Shown here: piece by piece, positions 30,223-39,717 of the stretch | Numbering within the stretch: the first letter of the stretch is position 1 | Layout of the letters: every line of letters begins with the position of its first letter | The notes under the pieces: model-generated | Told to the model about the DNA's origin: nothing | Database searches by the model: none | The model's input: only the letters and a program-made list of their open reading frames with translations | From: Nitrospira sp. | Lineage (GTDB): Bacteria > Nitrospirota > Nitrospiria > Nitrospirales > Nitrospiraceae | NCBI GenBank assembly: GCA_047150005.1 | Contig: AP038806.1 | Coordinates: 1,504,001 to 1,568,000 of the forward strand | Reading direction: 5' to 3' | DNA: 64,000 nucleotides | Made by a program: the position numbers and the translations under genes

Positions 30223-33200
30223 ATGCGCTCGTTCACCGACATCTTCATCAAACATCCGGTGCTGGCCGTCGTCGTCAACCTTGTGATCGTGCTGGCGGGC
30301 TGGCGGGCGCTGACGGCTCTGCCGGTGCAGCAGTACCCGAAAATCGAGAGCTCTTCGGTCGTCATCACGACGGTCTACTACGGCGCCGGCGCCGAAACGG
30401 TGCGCGGGTTTCTCAGTACCCCGATCGAACGGGTCGTCTCCGCGATCGGAGGCGTGGACTACGTCGAATCGACCAGCCGAGCCGGCGTCAGCACCGTCAC
30501 GGTCCATTTGAAATTGAATCACAGCAGCACGGCCGCCCTGGCCGAAGTCACGGCACGGCTTCAGCAGGTGCGATCCGAGCTGCCTCCGGAAGCCGAGCCG
30601 CCGGTGGTCGAAGTGCAACGCGCCGATCGGCCGTATGCGTCCTTTTATGTCAGTTTCACATCAACGGAGCGCGGCGTGCCGGCCGTCACCGATTGGCTGT
30701 CGCGCACGCTGCAGCCGCAACTGTCTACGCTGTCCGGCGTGCAGCGGGTGACGATCGAGGGAGGCCGCCAGATCGCCATGCGGGTCTGGATCGACCCGGA
30801 TCGCCTCGCCTCGTTCAATCTGTCGCCCGGTGATCTGCAAGGGGCGCTCCGGCGGAACAACTATCTGGCCGCGGTCGGCCGGACCAAGGGGAACCTCGTA
30901 CAGGTCAATCTGCTCGCGAACACCGACCTACGTTCGGCCGCCGAGTTCGAGGAACTGATCGTCGCCGATCGCGGCGGAGCCATCGTGCGCCTGAAGGACG
31001 TCGCGCGGGTCGAGCGGGATGCCGAAGAGGCCGAGATGGTCGCGAAGTACAACCGGGCCGAAGGCGTGTATCTCGGAGTCTGGCCCGTGCCGGGCGCGAA
31101 TGAGATCGATGTCGCGCACCGGCTGCGCGACGAAATGGAACGGATCCGCCCCACCCTGCCGAAAGACATCGACATGCGCCTCGTCTGGGACGGCACGATG
31201 TTCATGCGGAATGCGCTGACGGAGATCACCAAAACGCTCTCGGAGACGGTGTTGATCGTGGCGGTGGTGGTGTTTCTCTTCATGGGTTCCGTGCGGACGG
31301 CGCTCGTGCCGCTCGTGGCGATGCCGGTCTCGCTGGTCGGGGCGGCGATTTTCATGTTCGCGTTCGGCTTCAGCCTCAATCTCTTGACGTTGCTCGCCAT
31401 TGTGTTGTCGGTCGGACTGGTCGTGGACGACGCAATCGTCGTCGTTGAGAACGTGGAGCGTCATGTGCGTCTGGGCAAGTCGCGGATTGAAGCCGCGTTG
31501 GCCGGCGCCCGGGAGCTGATCGGCCCGATCATCGCCATGACGATTACCCTGGCGACGGTGTACACGCCGATCGGCTTCCAGGGCGGCTTGACCGGCTCGC
31601 TCTTCCTGGAGTTCGCGATCACCCTCGCCGTAGCGGTGGTGTTGTCGGGTATCGTGGCCGTCACGCTGTCGCCGGTCATGAGTTCCCGATTCGTGCACCC
31701 CCAGGGCGAGCAGGGCCGGCTGACCTCCTTGGTCAACGGCGGTTTCGAACTCGTGCGCCGCGCATACGCGAGACTGCTCGACGGCGCGTTTCGGATGCGC
31801 TGGGGGATCATCGCGGCATCGCTCCTGATCATGGCGGCGGCATGGCCGCTGTATCTGTTTTCCAGGCAAGAGCTGGCCCCCGTGGAGGATCAGAGCCATA
31901 TCAGTCTGTTCTTCGAAGCATCGCCGGATTCTACCGTGGCCGCCACCAACCGCGAGCATCTGCAGATCGTGCGGGCCATCACGGCTTTCCCCGAAACGGA
32001 GTTCACCTGGTCGTTGACCACCGCCTGGGGCGGCTTTGGAGGCCTGGTCGCGAAGGATTGGCACGCGCGGGCACGTTCGACGGAAGCCATGTACGGAGAA
32101 GTCTATGGCGCGGTGTCGCAGGTGCCGGGCCTGCGCGTCTTTCCCCGTCTGGATCCGCCGCTGCCGACCCCCGGTCAGTACGATGTTGAACTGGTGTTGC
32201 AGAGCGACGTGCCGCCACAGCAGATGCTTGAGACGGTCGGCGCCGTATTGGGCGCCGGCTGGCAGAGCGGCAGGTTCTTGTATGTGGACACCGACTTGAA
32301 GATCGATCTGCCCGAAGCCCGCGTCGTCCTGGACCGGGAACGGCTGGCCGACTTGGGGCTGGACCTCGCCGGGGTCGGTCGTGAACTCGGCACGCTCCTC
32401 GGCGGCGCCTATGTCAACCGGTTCAACTATTTCGACCGCAGTTATAAGGTCATCCCTCAAATCGGCGATAAAGACCGGGCGACGGTCGATCCGCTTCTGG
32501 ACCTGAAGATCAAGACACCCGGCGGCCAGCTTGTGCCGGTCTCGACGTTCACGCACATCGAAACGAGCACGGCCCCGCGGACGTTGAACCGCTTTCAGCA
32601 GCGCAATGCCGTCCGAATCTTCGGCGGGGTCAAGCCGGGCGTGACGAAGGAAGAAGGACTGCGCATCCTCGAGGCTGCGGCCACTGCGTCGGCCGGGCCC
32701 GGCGTCGTCCTTGACTACGCGGGCGAGTCACGGCAGATCCGCCAGGAGGGTGCCGCGCTCACCGTCACCCTGGGATTCGCCGTCGTGCTCATCTACCTGG
32801 TGCTGGCGGCGCAGTTCCAGAGCTTCCGCGACCCGCTGATTGTCCTGCTCGGCTCGGTTCCTCTGGCCATCTCCGGCGCGCTGGTGTTCAGCTTCCTGGA
32901 CCTCACGACGATCAACATCTACTCGCAGGTGGGACTGATCACCCTGGTGGGGCTGATTGCGAAGAACGGCATCCTCATCGTGGAATTCGCCAACCAGCTG
33001 CAAGCGCAAGGGCTTTCGCGGATGGCTGCGGTGCGTGAGGCCTCGCTGACCAGACTGCGGCCGGTGCTGATGACCTCCGCGGCCACCGTCTTCGGCCACC
33101 TCCCCTTGGTGCTGGCCTCGGGGCCGGGAGCGGCGGCCCGCAACAGCATCGGGATGGTATTGGTCACAGGGATGACCGTCGGGACGTTATTCACGCTGTT

Positions 33201-33306
33201 CGTCGTGCCGGTGTTCTATTCACTCATCGCCGCCCAGCATCAGCCGAGTCCCGCAAGCGAGGACATCAGCCATGAAAGACTCGCGCTCGCCGGAGCAGCA
33301 GGATAA
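30223..33306 (+). CDS. RND efflux permease (MexI/MexW-like)
   Basis: GLVVDDAIVVVEN, AKNGILIVEFAN, RLRPVLMT. Confidence 0.95.
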   Translation: MRSFTDIFIKHPVLAVVVNLVIVLAGWRALTALPVQQYPKIESSSVVITTVYYGAGAETVRGFLSTPIERVVSAIGGVDYVESTSRAGVSTVTVHLKLNHSSTAALAEVTARLQQVRSELPPEAEPPVVEVQRADRPYASFYVSFTSTERGVPAVTDWLSRTLQPQLSTLSGVQRVTIEGGRQIAMRVWIDPDRLASFNLSPGDLQGALRRNNYLAAVGRTKGNLVQVNLLANTDLRSAAEFEELIVADRGGAIVRLKDVARVERDAEEAEMVAKYNRAEGVYLGVWPVPGANEIDVAHRLRDEMERIRPTLPKDIDMRLVWDGTMFMRNALTEITKTLSETVLIVAVVVFLFMGSVRTALVPLVAMPVSLVGAAIFMFAFGFSLNLLTLLAIVLSVGLVVDDAIVVVENVERHVRLGKSRIEAALAGARELIGPIIAMTITLATVYTPIGFQGGLTGSLFLEFAITLAVAVVLSGIVAVTLSPVMSSRFVHPQGEQGRLTSLVNGGFELVRRAYARLLDGAFRMRWGIIAASLLIMAAAWPLYLFSRQELAPVEDQSHISLFFEASPDSTVAATNREHLQIVRAITAFPETEFTWSLTTAWGGFGGLVAKDWHARARSTEAMYGEVYGAVSQVPGLRVFPRLDPPLPTPGQYDVELVLQSDVPPQQMLETVGAVLGAGWQSGRFLYVDTDLKIDLPEARVVLDRERLADLGLDLAGVGRELGTLLGGAYVNRFNYFDRSYKVIPQIGDKDRATVDPLLDLKIKTPGGQLVPVSTFTHIETSTAPRTLNRFQQRNAVRIFGGVKPGVTKEEGLRILEAAATASAGPGVVLDYAGESRQIRQEGAALTVTLGFAVVLIYLVLAAQFQSFRDPLIVLLGSVPLAISGALVFSFLDLTTINIYSQVGLITLVGLIAKNGILIVEFANQLQAQGLSRMAAVREASLTRLRPVLMTSAATVFGHLPLVLASGPGAAARNSIGMVLVTGMTVGTLFTLFVVPVFYSLIAAQHQPSPASEDISHERLALAGAAG

Positions 33307-33456
33307 CTCGAGCCGTCGAGACACGAATCGATCAGCGAGTGTCGTTTCATCCTGCTGCATGCCATCCTCGCCTTGGTCGTGCCCTCCGTCCAACGAGCCG
33401 CACTTCCGTTCCAATATCAATCGCTTACGCACACGTGCCGGAGGCCGCCGGGCCGA

Positions 33457-33482
33457 TGTCGATTTCAGGGCTCCGTCACGAC
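33457..33482 (+). promoter_or_regulatory. ECF42-type promoter
   Basis: TGTCGA-N16-CGAC upstream of a DGPF/YciI gene. Confidence 0.55.
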
Positions 33483-33522
33483 TATCTCACGACAAGCGGA
33501 TGACACGGACGGAGGCCTGCTG

Positions 33523-33879
33523 ATGAAATACATGTTGCTCATTTACTTTGAAGAGAAGGCGGGGTTGAGTGAGGCCGAACGGCAGGATTGCTACAAGGAA
33601 TCCTCGCAACTCGCTCATGAGCTCCACTCGAAGGGACAGTATGTTGCCGGCAATCCTCTCCACGAGACGTCGATGGCGACGAGTGTGAGGGTTCGTGGCG
33701 GCAGGCGACTGGTGACCGATGGTCCGTTCGCGGAGACACGGGAACAACTGGGCGGATATTTCCTCATCGAGGCGGACAATCTTGACGAGGCGATCGCCGT
33801 GGACGCGCGTATCCCCATGGCACGTAAGGGAACGGTCGAAGTACGCCCGGTCATCGAGATTCCCGGTCTCCCGACGTAG
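33523..33879 (+). CDS. YciI/DGPF-domain protein
   Basis: TDGPFAETREQLGGY. Confidence 0.9.
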   Translation: MKYMLLIYFEEKAGLSEAERQDCYKESSQLAHELHSKGQYVAGNPLHETSMATSVRVRGGRRLVTDGPFAETREQLGGYFLIEADNLDEAIAVDARIPMARKGTVEVRPVIEIPGLPT

Positions 33880-33913
33880 CAATGATCGACCCGACGCGAA
33901 GGAGTCACAGCTC

Positions 33914-34405
33914 ATGCAAAAGATCATGCCGTGCTTGTGGTTCGACGACCAAGCGGAAGAGGCGATGAATTTTTATCAATCGATCTTTAAGCACTCCAGG
34001 GTTGGAAGCATCGTTCGCTATGGAGAAGCAGGAGCGAAGCTCTCCGGCAGACCGAAAGGATCGGTGATGACTGCGACGTTTGAGCTCGAAGGTCAAGAGT
34101 TCATGGCGCTCAACGGCGGCCCGCTCTTTAAATTCAGCGAGGCCATTTCGCTTATCGTCAACTGCGAGACGCAACAAGAAATCGATGAATACTGGGAGAA
34201 ACTTTCCGCCGGGGGAGAGCAAGGAGTCTGCGGCTGGCTGAAAGACAGATATGGACTGTCCTGGCAGATCGTTCCCACGGTCTTGACGGAGATGCTGCAA
34301 GACCAAGACACAGAGAGAACGGACCGTGTGATGCAAGCCATTCTTCACATGAAGAAACCCGACATCACACAATTGAAGCAGGCCTATGAAAGGAGTCAGG
34401 CATGA
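33914..34405 (+). CDS. PhnB-like VOC protein (3-dmu-9_3-mt family)
   Basis: [31 protein letters not shown]. Confidence 0.9.
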   Translation: MQKIMPCLWFDDQAEEAMNFYQSIFKHSRVGSIVRYGEAGAKLSGRPKGSVMTATFELEGQEFMALNGGPLFKFSEAISLIVNCETQQEIDEYWEKLSAGGEQGVCGWLKDRYGLSWQIVPTVLTEMLQDQDTERTDRVMQAILHMKKPDITQLKQAYERSQA

Positions 34406-35586
34406 ACAAGGTGCGATTACTCGTCGGGACAAAAAAAGGCGCCTTCATTCTGACGTCGGATGGAACACGCAAACAATGGGACGTAAGCGGTCCCTTCTTC
34501 GGCGGCTGGGAGCTGTACCATCTCAAGGGGTCGCTGGCCGATCCGAATCGGCTCTATGCGTCGCAAACCAGCAGTTGGTTCGGGCAGATCATTCAGCGAT
34601 CGGATGACGGAGGCAAGACTTGGAATGCGCCTGGGACCAAGCCGGAGGACCTCATGGGTCCCGACGGCATGCCGAAGGGCGAAAGCAACATGTTTCTGTA
34701 CGATACTTCGGTCGAAACCGGCAAACCGCTCACGACACACCAGTGGTACGACGGCACGCAGAAGCCCTGGGAATTCAAGCGGGTGTGGCATCTCGAGCCG
34801 TCGCTGACCGATCCCGATACGGTCTATGCCGGGGTCGAGGATGCGGCGCTTTTCCGGACGACCGACGGGGGGCGAACCTGGCATGAGTTGGCGGGGCTGC
34901 GCGAGGTCAAGGGCAGTCTGTGGCAGCCGGGCGCAGGCGGGATGTGCCTGCATACCATCATGCTGGATCGAACCGATCCCGGACGGATGTACAGTGCCAT
35001 CTCCGCGGCGGGTGCCTTTCGCACAGACGACGGCGGCAAGACCTGGCGGGCGATCAACAAAGGCCTCAAGTCCCAGTATGAACTGCCCGATCCGGATGCG
35101 GATGTCGGGCATTGTGTGCATCGCATCGCCATGCATCCGTCGCGCCCGAACGTGCTGTTCATGCAAAAGCACTGGGACGTCATGCGGAGCGATGATGCCG
35201 GCGGCTCCTGGCATGAAATCAGCGGCAACCTGCCGACCGACTTCGGCTTTCCGATCGACGTGCATGCCCACGAACCGAATACCATCTATGTCGTCCCGAT
35301 CAAGAGCGACTCGGAGCACTATCCGCCGGAGGGCAAGCTGCGCGTCTATCGGAGCAAAACGGGCGGCAACGAGTGGGAGGCGTTGACGAAGGGGCTGCCG
35401 CAACGGGATTGCTACGTCAACATCCTGCGCGATGCGATGGCCGTCGACCAGCTCGATCCCTGTGGGATCTATTTCGGCACCACCGGCGGACAGGTCTATG
35501 GATCGGCCACCGGCGGCGACAGCTGGGAGCCGATCGTACGGGATCTGCCGGCGGTCCTGTCGGTCGAGGTGCAGACACTCCCATAA
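34402..35586 (+). CDS. BNR/Asp-box beta-propeller protein
   Basis: Repeated S/T-x-D-x-G-x-T/S-W Asp-boxes; no signal peptide. Confidence 0.85.
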   Translation: MNKVRLLVGTKKGAFILTSDGTRKQWDVSGPFFGGWELYHLKGSLADPNRLYASQTSSWFGQIIQRSDDGGKTWNAPGTKPEDLMGPDGMPKGESNMFLYDTSVETGKPLTTHQWYDGTQKPWEFKRVWHLEPSLTDPDTVYAGVEDAALFRTTDGGRTWHELAGLREVKGSLWQPGAGGMCLHTIMLDRTDPGRMYSAISAAGAFRTDDGGKTWRAINKGLKSQYELPDPDADVGHCVHRIAMHPSRPNVLFMQKHWDVMRSDDAGGSWHEISGNLPTDFGFPIDVHAHEPNTIYVVPIKSDSEHYPPEGKLRVYRSKTGGNEWEALTKGLPQRDCYVNILRDAMAVDQLDPCGIYFGTTGGQVYGSATGGDSWEPIVRDLPAVLSVEVQTLP

Positions 35587-35587
35587 A

Positions 35588-35618
35588 AGTGCTGAGTGCT
35601 GAGGCCTGAGTGCTGAGT
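35588..35618. repeat. Heptamer tandem repeat (AGTGCTG)n
   Basis: AGTGCTG AGTGCTG AGGCCTG AGTGCTG AGT; inverted related tract CTCAGTCCTCAGCACT at 37101-37116. Confidence 0.8.
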
Positions 35619-35663
35619 CGGAAGACGATACCGTAATAAAGCGTAAAGCGTGACGAGAGACCC

Positions 35664-35960
35664 ATGATTCGAGTCGTGCTCCCGGCTCATCTGCGGACGT
35701 TGGCGCGCGTCAGCGGCGAGGTGACGCTTGAAATTGACGGGCCGGTGACGCCGCGCGCGATTCTTGACGCGCTCGAAGCCCGTTATCCGATGTTACGGGG
35801 GACAGTCCGTGACCATGTGACGCTCAAGCGTCGAGCCTTTGTGAGGTTCTTCGCTTGCGAGCAGGACCTGTCCCATTCATCGCCGGATGCCGCGCTGCCC
35901 GATGCAGTAGCAACGGGCGCGGAACCGTTTCTGATTGTGGGAGCCATGGCGGGCGGCTAG
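35664..35960 (+). CDS. MoaD/ThiS ubiquitin-like protein
   Basis: 98 aa, IRVVLPAHL start, C-terminal AMAGG. Confidence 0.88.
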   Translation: MIRVVLPAHLRTLARVSGEVTLEIDGPVTPRAILDALEARYPMLRGTVRDHVTLKRRAFVRFFACEQDLSHSSPDAALPDAVATGAEPFLIVGAMAGG

Positions 35961-36032
35961 CAGACGGTTGAAACAGGCCGCCGGCGTCGTTCTCGCGTCG
36001 CCTCCTCGCTACGGCCTTGCTGAACGGCCTGT
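35958..36032. repeat. Palindromic intergenic element (REP-like)
   Basis: ACAGGCCG(35973-35980)/CGGCCTGT(36025-36032) stem; resembles from memory a dispersed Nitrospira repeat; single copy in this window. Confidence 0.5.
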
Positions 36033-36082
36033 GTGAGCGGAAAGCGTGTTGTACAAACGACGGGATGGCAAGAGGCATACGA

Positions 36083-36448
36083 ATGAAGTGCCTGTTGCTG
36101 GTTCATCATGACGAAGAGGCCTTCAGCAAGATGCCCGAAGCCAAGCGACAGGAGATGCTTGAGGAGTCCGTGCAGCTGACGCATCACCTGCACGCCAACG
36201 GGCAGTATGTGCACGCCTCGCCGCTCCAGCCTGCAGCGACCGGCGTCATCGTTCGTGTTCGGGAGGGCAAGCCGCTGGTGACCGACGGGCCGTTTGCCGA
36301 GACGAGAGAGCAACTTGCCGGCTACTTTCTGATCGATGCGAAGGATCTCAACGAGGCTGTTCGTATCGCCGTCAGGATTCCCGGTGGGCGCATCGGCGCG
36401 GTCGAGGTGCGACCGCTGAGGCAAATCACAGGGTTGCCCGGAGAGTAG
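36083..36448 (+). CDS. YciI/DGPF-domain protein
   Basis: TDGPFAETREQLAGY. Confidence 0.9.
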   Translation: MKCLLLVHHDEEAFSKMPEAKRQEMLEESVQLTHHLHANGQYVHASPLQPAATGVIVRVREGKPLVTDGPFAETREQLAGYFLIDAKDLNEAVRIAVRIPGGRIGAVEVRPLRQITGLPGE

Positions 36449-36541
36449 CGATGCAAGAAGCACGTATGGGGCGGACGCGCTGAGTGTTGGCAGTTTTCGT
36501 GACGAGATACGAGCGATGCATCACGGACGACGAAGTCAGCC

Positions 36542-36568
36542 CGTCGATTTCAGAGACGGTCATTCGAC
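36542..36568 (+). promoter_or_regulatory. ECF42-type promoter
   Basis: CGTCGA-N17-CGAC; shares GTCGATTTCAG with the 33457 site. Confidence 0.5.
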
Positions 36569-36637
36569 TAATGAGTGATGGGAAGGAGAGTCGGAGTTGA
36601 CCGGCTCGCAACTCGAAACCGGAAGGGGGATCCTCCA

Positions 36638-37087
36638 ATGCGATTCATGATCATCGTCAAGGCCACGAAGAATTCGGAAGCCGGCGTCATGCCGAGCGAG
36701 AAGCTCCTCGCCGACATGGGGAAGTTCAACGAGGACCTGGCCGACGCCGGACTGTTGCTTGCCGGAGAGGGGCTCCAGGCGAGTTCGAAGGGCGCGCGAG
36801 TGAAGTTCTCCGGAACGACGCGGACCGTCATCGATGGTCCCTTCGCCGAAACGAAGGAGTTGATCGCAGGCTACTGGCTCTGGCAGTGCAAGTCGAAAGA
36901 AGAGGCGATCGAATGGGTCAAGCGCTGTCCGAATCCGATGCCCGGCGAGGAGTCCGAAATCGAAATCCGTCAAGTGTTTGAAGCGGACGATTTCGGCGCT
37001 GAGTTCACGCCTGAGCTGAGAGCACAGGAAGAACGAATCAGAGCACAGGAAGCGCGGCGACGGACTCAAACAGCCAAGAAGAACTAA
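36638..37087 (+). CDS. YciI/DGPF-domain protein
   Basis: IDGPFAETKELIAGYW. Confidence 0.9.
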   Translation: MRFMIIVKATKNSEAGVMPSEKLLADMGKFNEDLADAGLLLAGEGLQASSKGARVKFSGTTRTVIDGPFAETKELIAGYWLWQCKSKEEAIEWVKRCPNPMPGEESEIEIRQVFEADDFGAEFTPELRAQEERIRAQEARRRTQTAKKN

Positions 37088-37129
37088 TCATCCATTGACG
37101 CTCAGTCCTCAGCACTTGAAACGATAGGA

Positions 37130-37663
37130 GTGGCCATGCTGACAACCATCATGATTGTAACTGGTGCCGCGATCGCGGCAGTGCTCGGCTATGCCGCAAC
37201 CAAACCTGACACGTTTCGTATTCAACGGTCAGCGAACATCGCGGCGCCGCCGGACAAGGTGTTCGGGTTCATCAACGATCTCCACGCCTGGGCATCCTGG
37301 TCGCCCTGGGAGAAGAAGGATCCGGGGATGAAAAAGACACACAGCGGCGCCTCGCAGGGGAAAGGCGCCGTGCTCGAATGGGACGGAAACAAAGACGTCG
37401 GCACGGGTCGCATGGAAGTGATGGGGTCCGCTCCTTCCTCGAAGGTCCTGATCAAACTGGATTTCTTCAAACCGTTCGAAGCGCACAACCAGGCCGAGTT
37501 CACGGTGGCTCCCAGCGGCGGCTCGACGCAGGTCACGTGGGCGATGTATGGCCCGCAGCCGTACATGATGAAGGTCATGGGACTCTTTTGCAGCATGGAC
37601 AAGATGGTCGGGAAAGATTTCGATGCGGGCTTGGCCAACCTCAAGGCGCTGGCTGAGAAATAG
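37130..37663 (+). CDS. SRPBCC/polyketide cyclase family protein
   Basis: N-terminal TM helix, WSPWEKKDP, GLANLKALAE. Confidence 0.85.
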   Translation: MAMLTTIMIVTGAAIAAVLGYAATKPDTFRIQRSANIAAPPDKVFGFINDLHAWASWSPWEKKDPGMKKTHSGASQGKGAVLEWDGNKDVGTGRMEVMGSAPSSKVLIKLDFFKPFEAHNQAEFTVAPSGGSTQVTWAMYGPQPYMMKVMGLFCSMDKMVGKDFDAGLANLKALAEK

Positions 37664-37677
37664 AGGAGAGCAGTCGA

Positions 37678-37922
37678 ATGCGTTACGTCGATGGTCATGT
37701 GTTGCCCGTTCCCAAGAAAACCCTCGAGGCCTATCGACTCCTGGCGCAGGAGGCGGGAAAAATCTGGCGGGATCACGGCGCGCTGGATTACAAAGAGTGC
37801 GCCGGCGACGATCTCAACACAAAGATGGGGGCTTCGTGAAATCTCTACCGTTCGATGCCAAGCGCATGGTCTACGGCGGATTCAAAGTCATGGTTGATGC
37901 AAAGCAGAGGAGAAGGTCATGA
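37678..37922 (+). pseudogene. DUF1428 family pseudogene
   Basis: MRYVDGHVLPVPKK...HGALDYKEC stops early; the family C-terminus PFDAKRMVYGGF is in another frame with the middle missing. Confidence 0.75.
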
Positions 37923-38317
37923 CGTCAACTTATTCGAGTTTCTCGCCCCCCTCGAAGAAGATGCTCTGGGCAGGATATACCATGGGGGCGCTGCCCGTGT
38001 TGATGCTGCTCTTCAGCGCGTCGATGAAGTTGCTGAAGCTACCGGCGGCCATGGAGGGGTTTATCCATCTGGGATATCCCGAGCACGTCGCGCTCCCGCT
38101 CGGGATCGTCGAACTCGCCTCCACGGTCCTCTATGTCATCCCGCGCACCTCCGTGCTCGGCGCAATCTTGCTGACGGGGTACCTCGGCGGCGCCACCGCC
38201 ACTCATGTGCGAGTCGGCGAACCATTCTTCATGGCGATCGTGCTCGGTATCCTGGTCTGGGGAGGGTTGTACTTGCGTGACAAGCGACTGCAGGCGCTCA
38301 TTCCCTTGCGAAGCTGA
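37919..38317 (+). CDS. DoxX-like family membrane protein
   Basis: PRTSVLGAILLTGYLGGA.ATH.R. Confidence 0.85.
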   Translation: MTSTYSSFSPPSKKMLWAGYTMGALPVLMLLFSASMKLLKLPAAMEGFIHLGYPEHVALPLGIVELASTVLYVIPRTSVLGAILLTGYLGGATATHVRVGEPFFMAIVLGILVWGGLYLRDKRLQALIPLRS

Positions 38318-38380
38318 CCGACAAGGTCGCGAGAATTGGTTCCGTCACTGTGCCCATCACTCAATCACAAGGAGGCCGTC

Positions 38381-38980
38381 ATGCGCTTCATCTCTCTCAC
38401 GATTACGACGATGTGCTTCATGCTCACCGTCTCGCCGGTCCTGGCGAAAGAAAAGAAACACGACAAGCAAATGGACCAACAGGAAATGATGGAGGTCTGG
38501 AAGAAGCTCGGCACGCCCGGGGAGCCGCACAAATTGTTCGCCGGCATCGCCGGCAGCTACACGACCCATACAAAGGAATGGATGGAACCGGGTAAGCCGC
38601 CGGTGGAATCGGACGGCACCTCCGAGTCCAAGATGCTGCTGGACGGGCGATTTCTCTATCAGGAATATCATAGCCAAATGATGGGACAGCCCTTCCACGG
38701 CATCGGGATCGACGGCTACGACAACCTGACGAAGAAGTATGTCACCGCCTGGATCGACAGCATGGGCACGGGGATTTTCTTCATGGAAGGCACGGCCAGC
38801 CCCGACGGCAAAACCATCACGTTGCGCGGCTCGCATCCGGAACCTGGCGGAGGCAAGATGTCGCATCGCGCGGTCTGGAAGATCGTCGATAACAACAATC
38901 AGATCTTCGAGATGTACGGCAGTCACGGCAAAGAGAAGGAAATGAAGTTTCTGGAGATCACCTATACGCGCAAGCCTTGA
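38381..38980 (+). CDS. Exported DUF1579-like protein
   Basis: Signal peptide, TPGEPH, LDGRF, GYDN, WIDSMGT. Confidence 0.8.
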   Translation: MRFISLTITTMCFMLTVSPVLAKEKKHDKQMDQQEMMEVWKKLGTPGEPHKLFAGIAGSYTTHTKEWMEPGKPPVESDGTSESKMLLDGRFLYQEYHSQMMGQPFHGIGIDGYDNLTKKYVTAWIDSMGTGIFFMEGTASPDGKTITLRGSHPEPGGGKMSHRAVWKIVDNNNQIFEMYGSHGKEKEMKFLEITYTRKP

Positions 38981-39054
38981 ATAGGCGCCGGTTGCGTCAA
39001 AGCAAGGGTTCCCCGTCGTTACGCCGATAGATTTCTCCTACCCGCCCAGTCTCC

Positions 39055-39197
39055 TGCCGATGGTTCGGCTTGTGCCGGGATATCGGCAGGTCTCCCTCGT
39101 CATTCAGTGGGGCTGGATGGCGGAAGATCAAAGTCGCCTTGTTCTTTCAATCAGTTACAGGAGCAGATTCAGTCGCCTCAACTGGAACGGGCCTTGC
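39055..39197 (+). promoter_or_regulatory. Tandem palindromic enhancer plus sigma54 promoter (module 3)
   Basis: TGCCGA-N4-TCGGCT(39055-39070), TGCCGG-N4-TCGGCA(39073-39088); TGGAACGGGCCTTGC(39183-39197). Confidence 0.75.
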
Positions 39198-39225
39198 CAT
39201 TCCCTTGTGTCAGGGGGAACAAGGG

Positions 39226-39540
39226 ATGCTGAAAATCACCGAACAGACAGCTGAAGGGACCGAATCGATGTCCCTGCTGCTCGAGGGGCGCTTGGCTGGT
39301 CCCTGGGTCGAGGAGGTCGATTCCTATTGGCGCCGATTGGATGACAACCAGCGAAGAGGGACCGTGATCAACCTGAGCGGCGTGACCTTCGTCGCTGCGG
39401 AAGGGAAGGCCCTCCTGACTCGAATGTGGAAAACCGGCGCGAGGTTTGTTGCCGCAGGTTGTTTGATGAGATGTCTCGTCGATGAGATCACCGGCGCAGC
39501 CGCCGAGACTTCCTGTGCGCACGAAAAGAAGATCAGCTGA
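39226..39540 (+). CDS. STAS-like small protein
   Basis: LLLEGRLAGPWV and INLSGVTFV..EG..LL pattern. Confidence 0.7.
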   Translation: MLKITEQTAEGTESMSLLLEGRLAGPWVEEVDSYWRRLDDNQRRGTVINLSGVTFVAAEGKALLTRMWKTGARFVAAGCLMRCLVDEITGAAAETSCAHEKKIS

Positions 39541-39555
39541 AGGGAGGGAGTGACT

Positions 39556-39717
39556 ATGGAAGGACTTGTCCTCTTGGTATTGGTGATCATTCCAGCTATT
39601 CTGTTGCTCGTTCTCATCAGGGTGCTGGTATTCTATCCCGCCGCGGCAATCACTGTGTCTACCGGCAGGGCGATTCGGGGAGCAACCGGAGAAAGACGCC
39701 ATGGCCTTCTTGGCTAA
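39556..39717 (+). CDS. Small single-TM protein (53 aa)
   Basis: GGAGGGAG RBS; MEGLVLLVLVIIPAILLLVLIRVLVFYP...; below the ORF-track cutoff. Confidence 0.55.
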   Translation: MEGLVLLVLVIIPAILLLVLIRVLVFYPAAAITVSTGRAIRGATGERRHGLLG

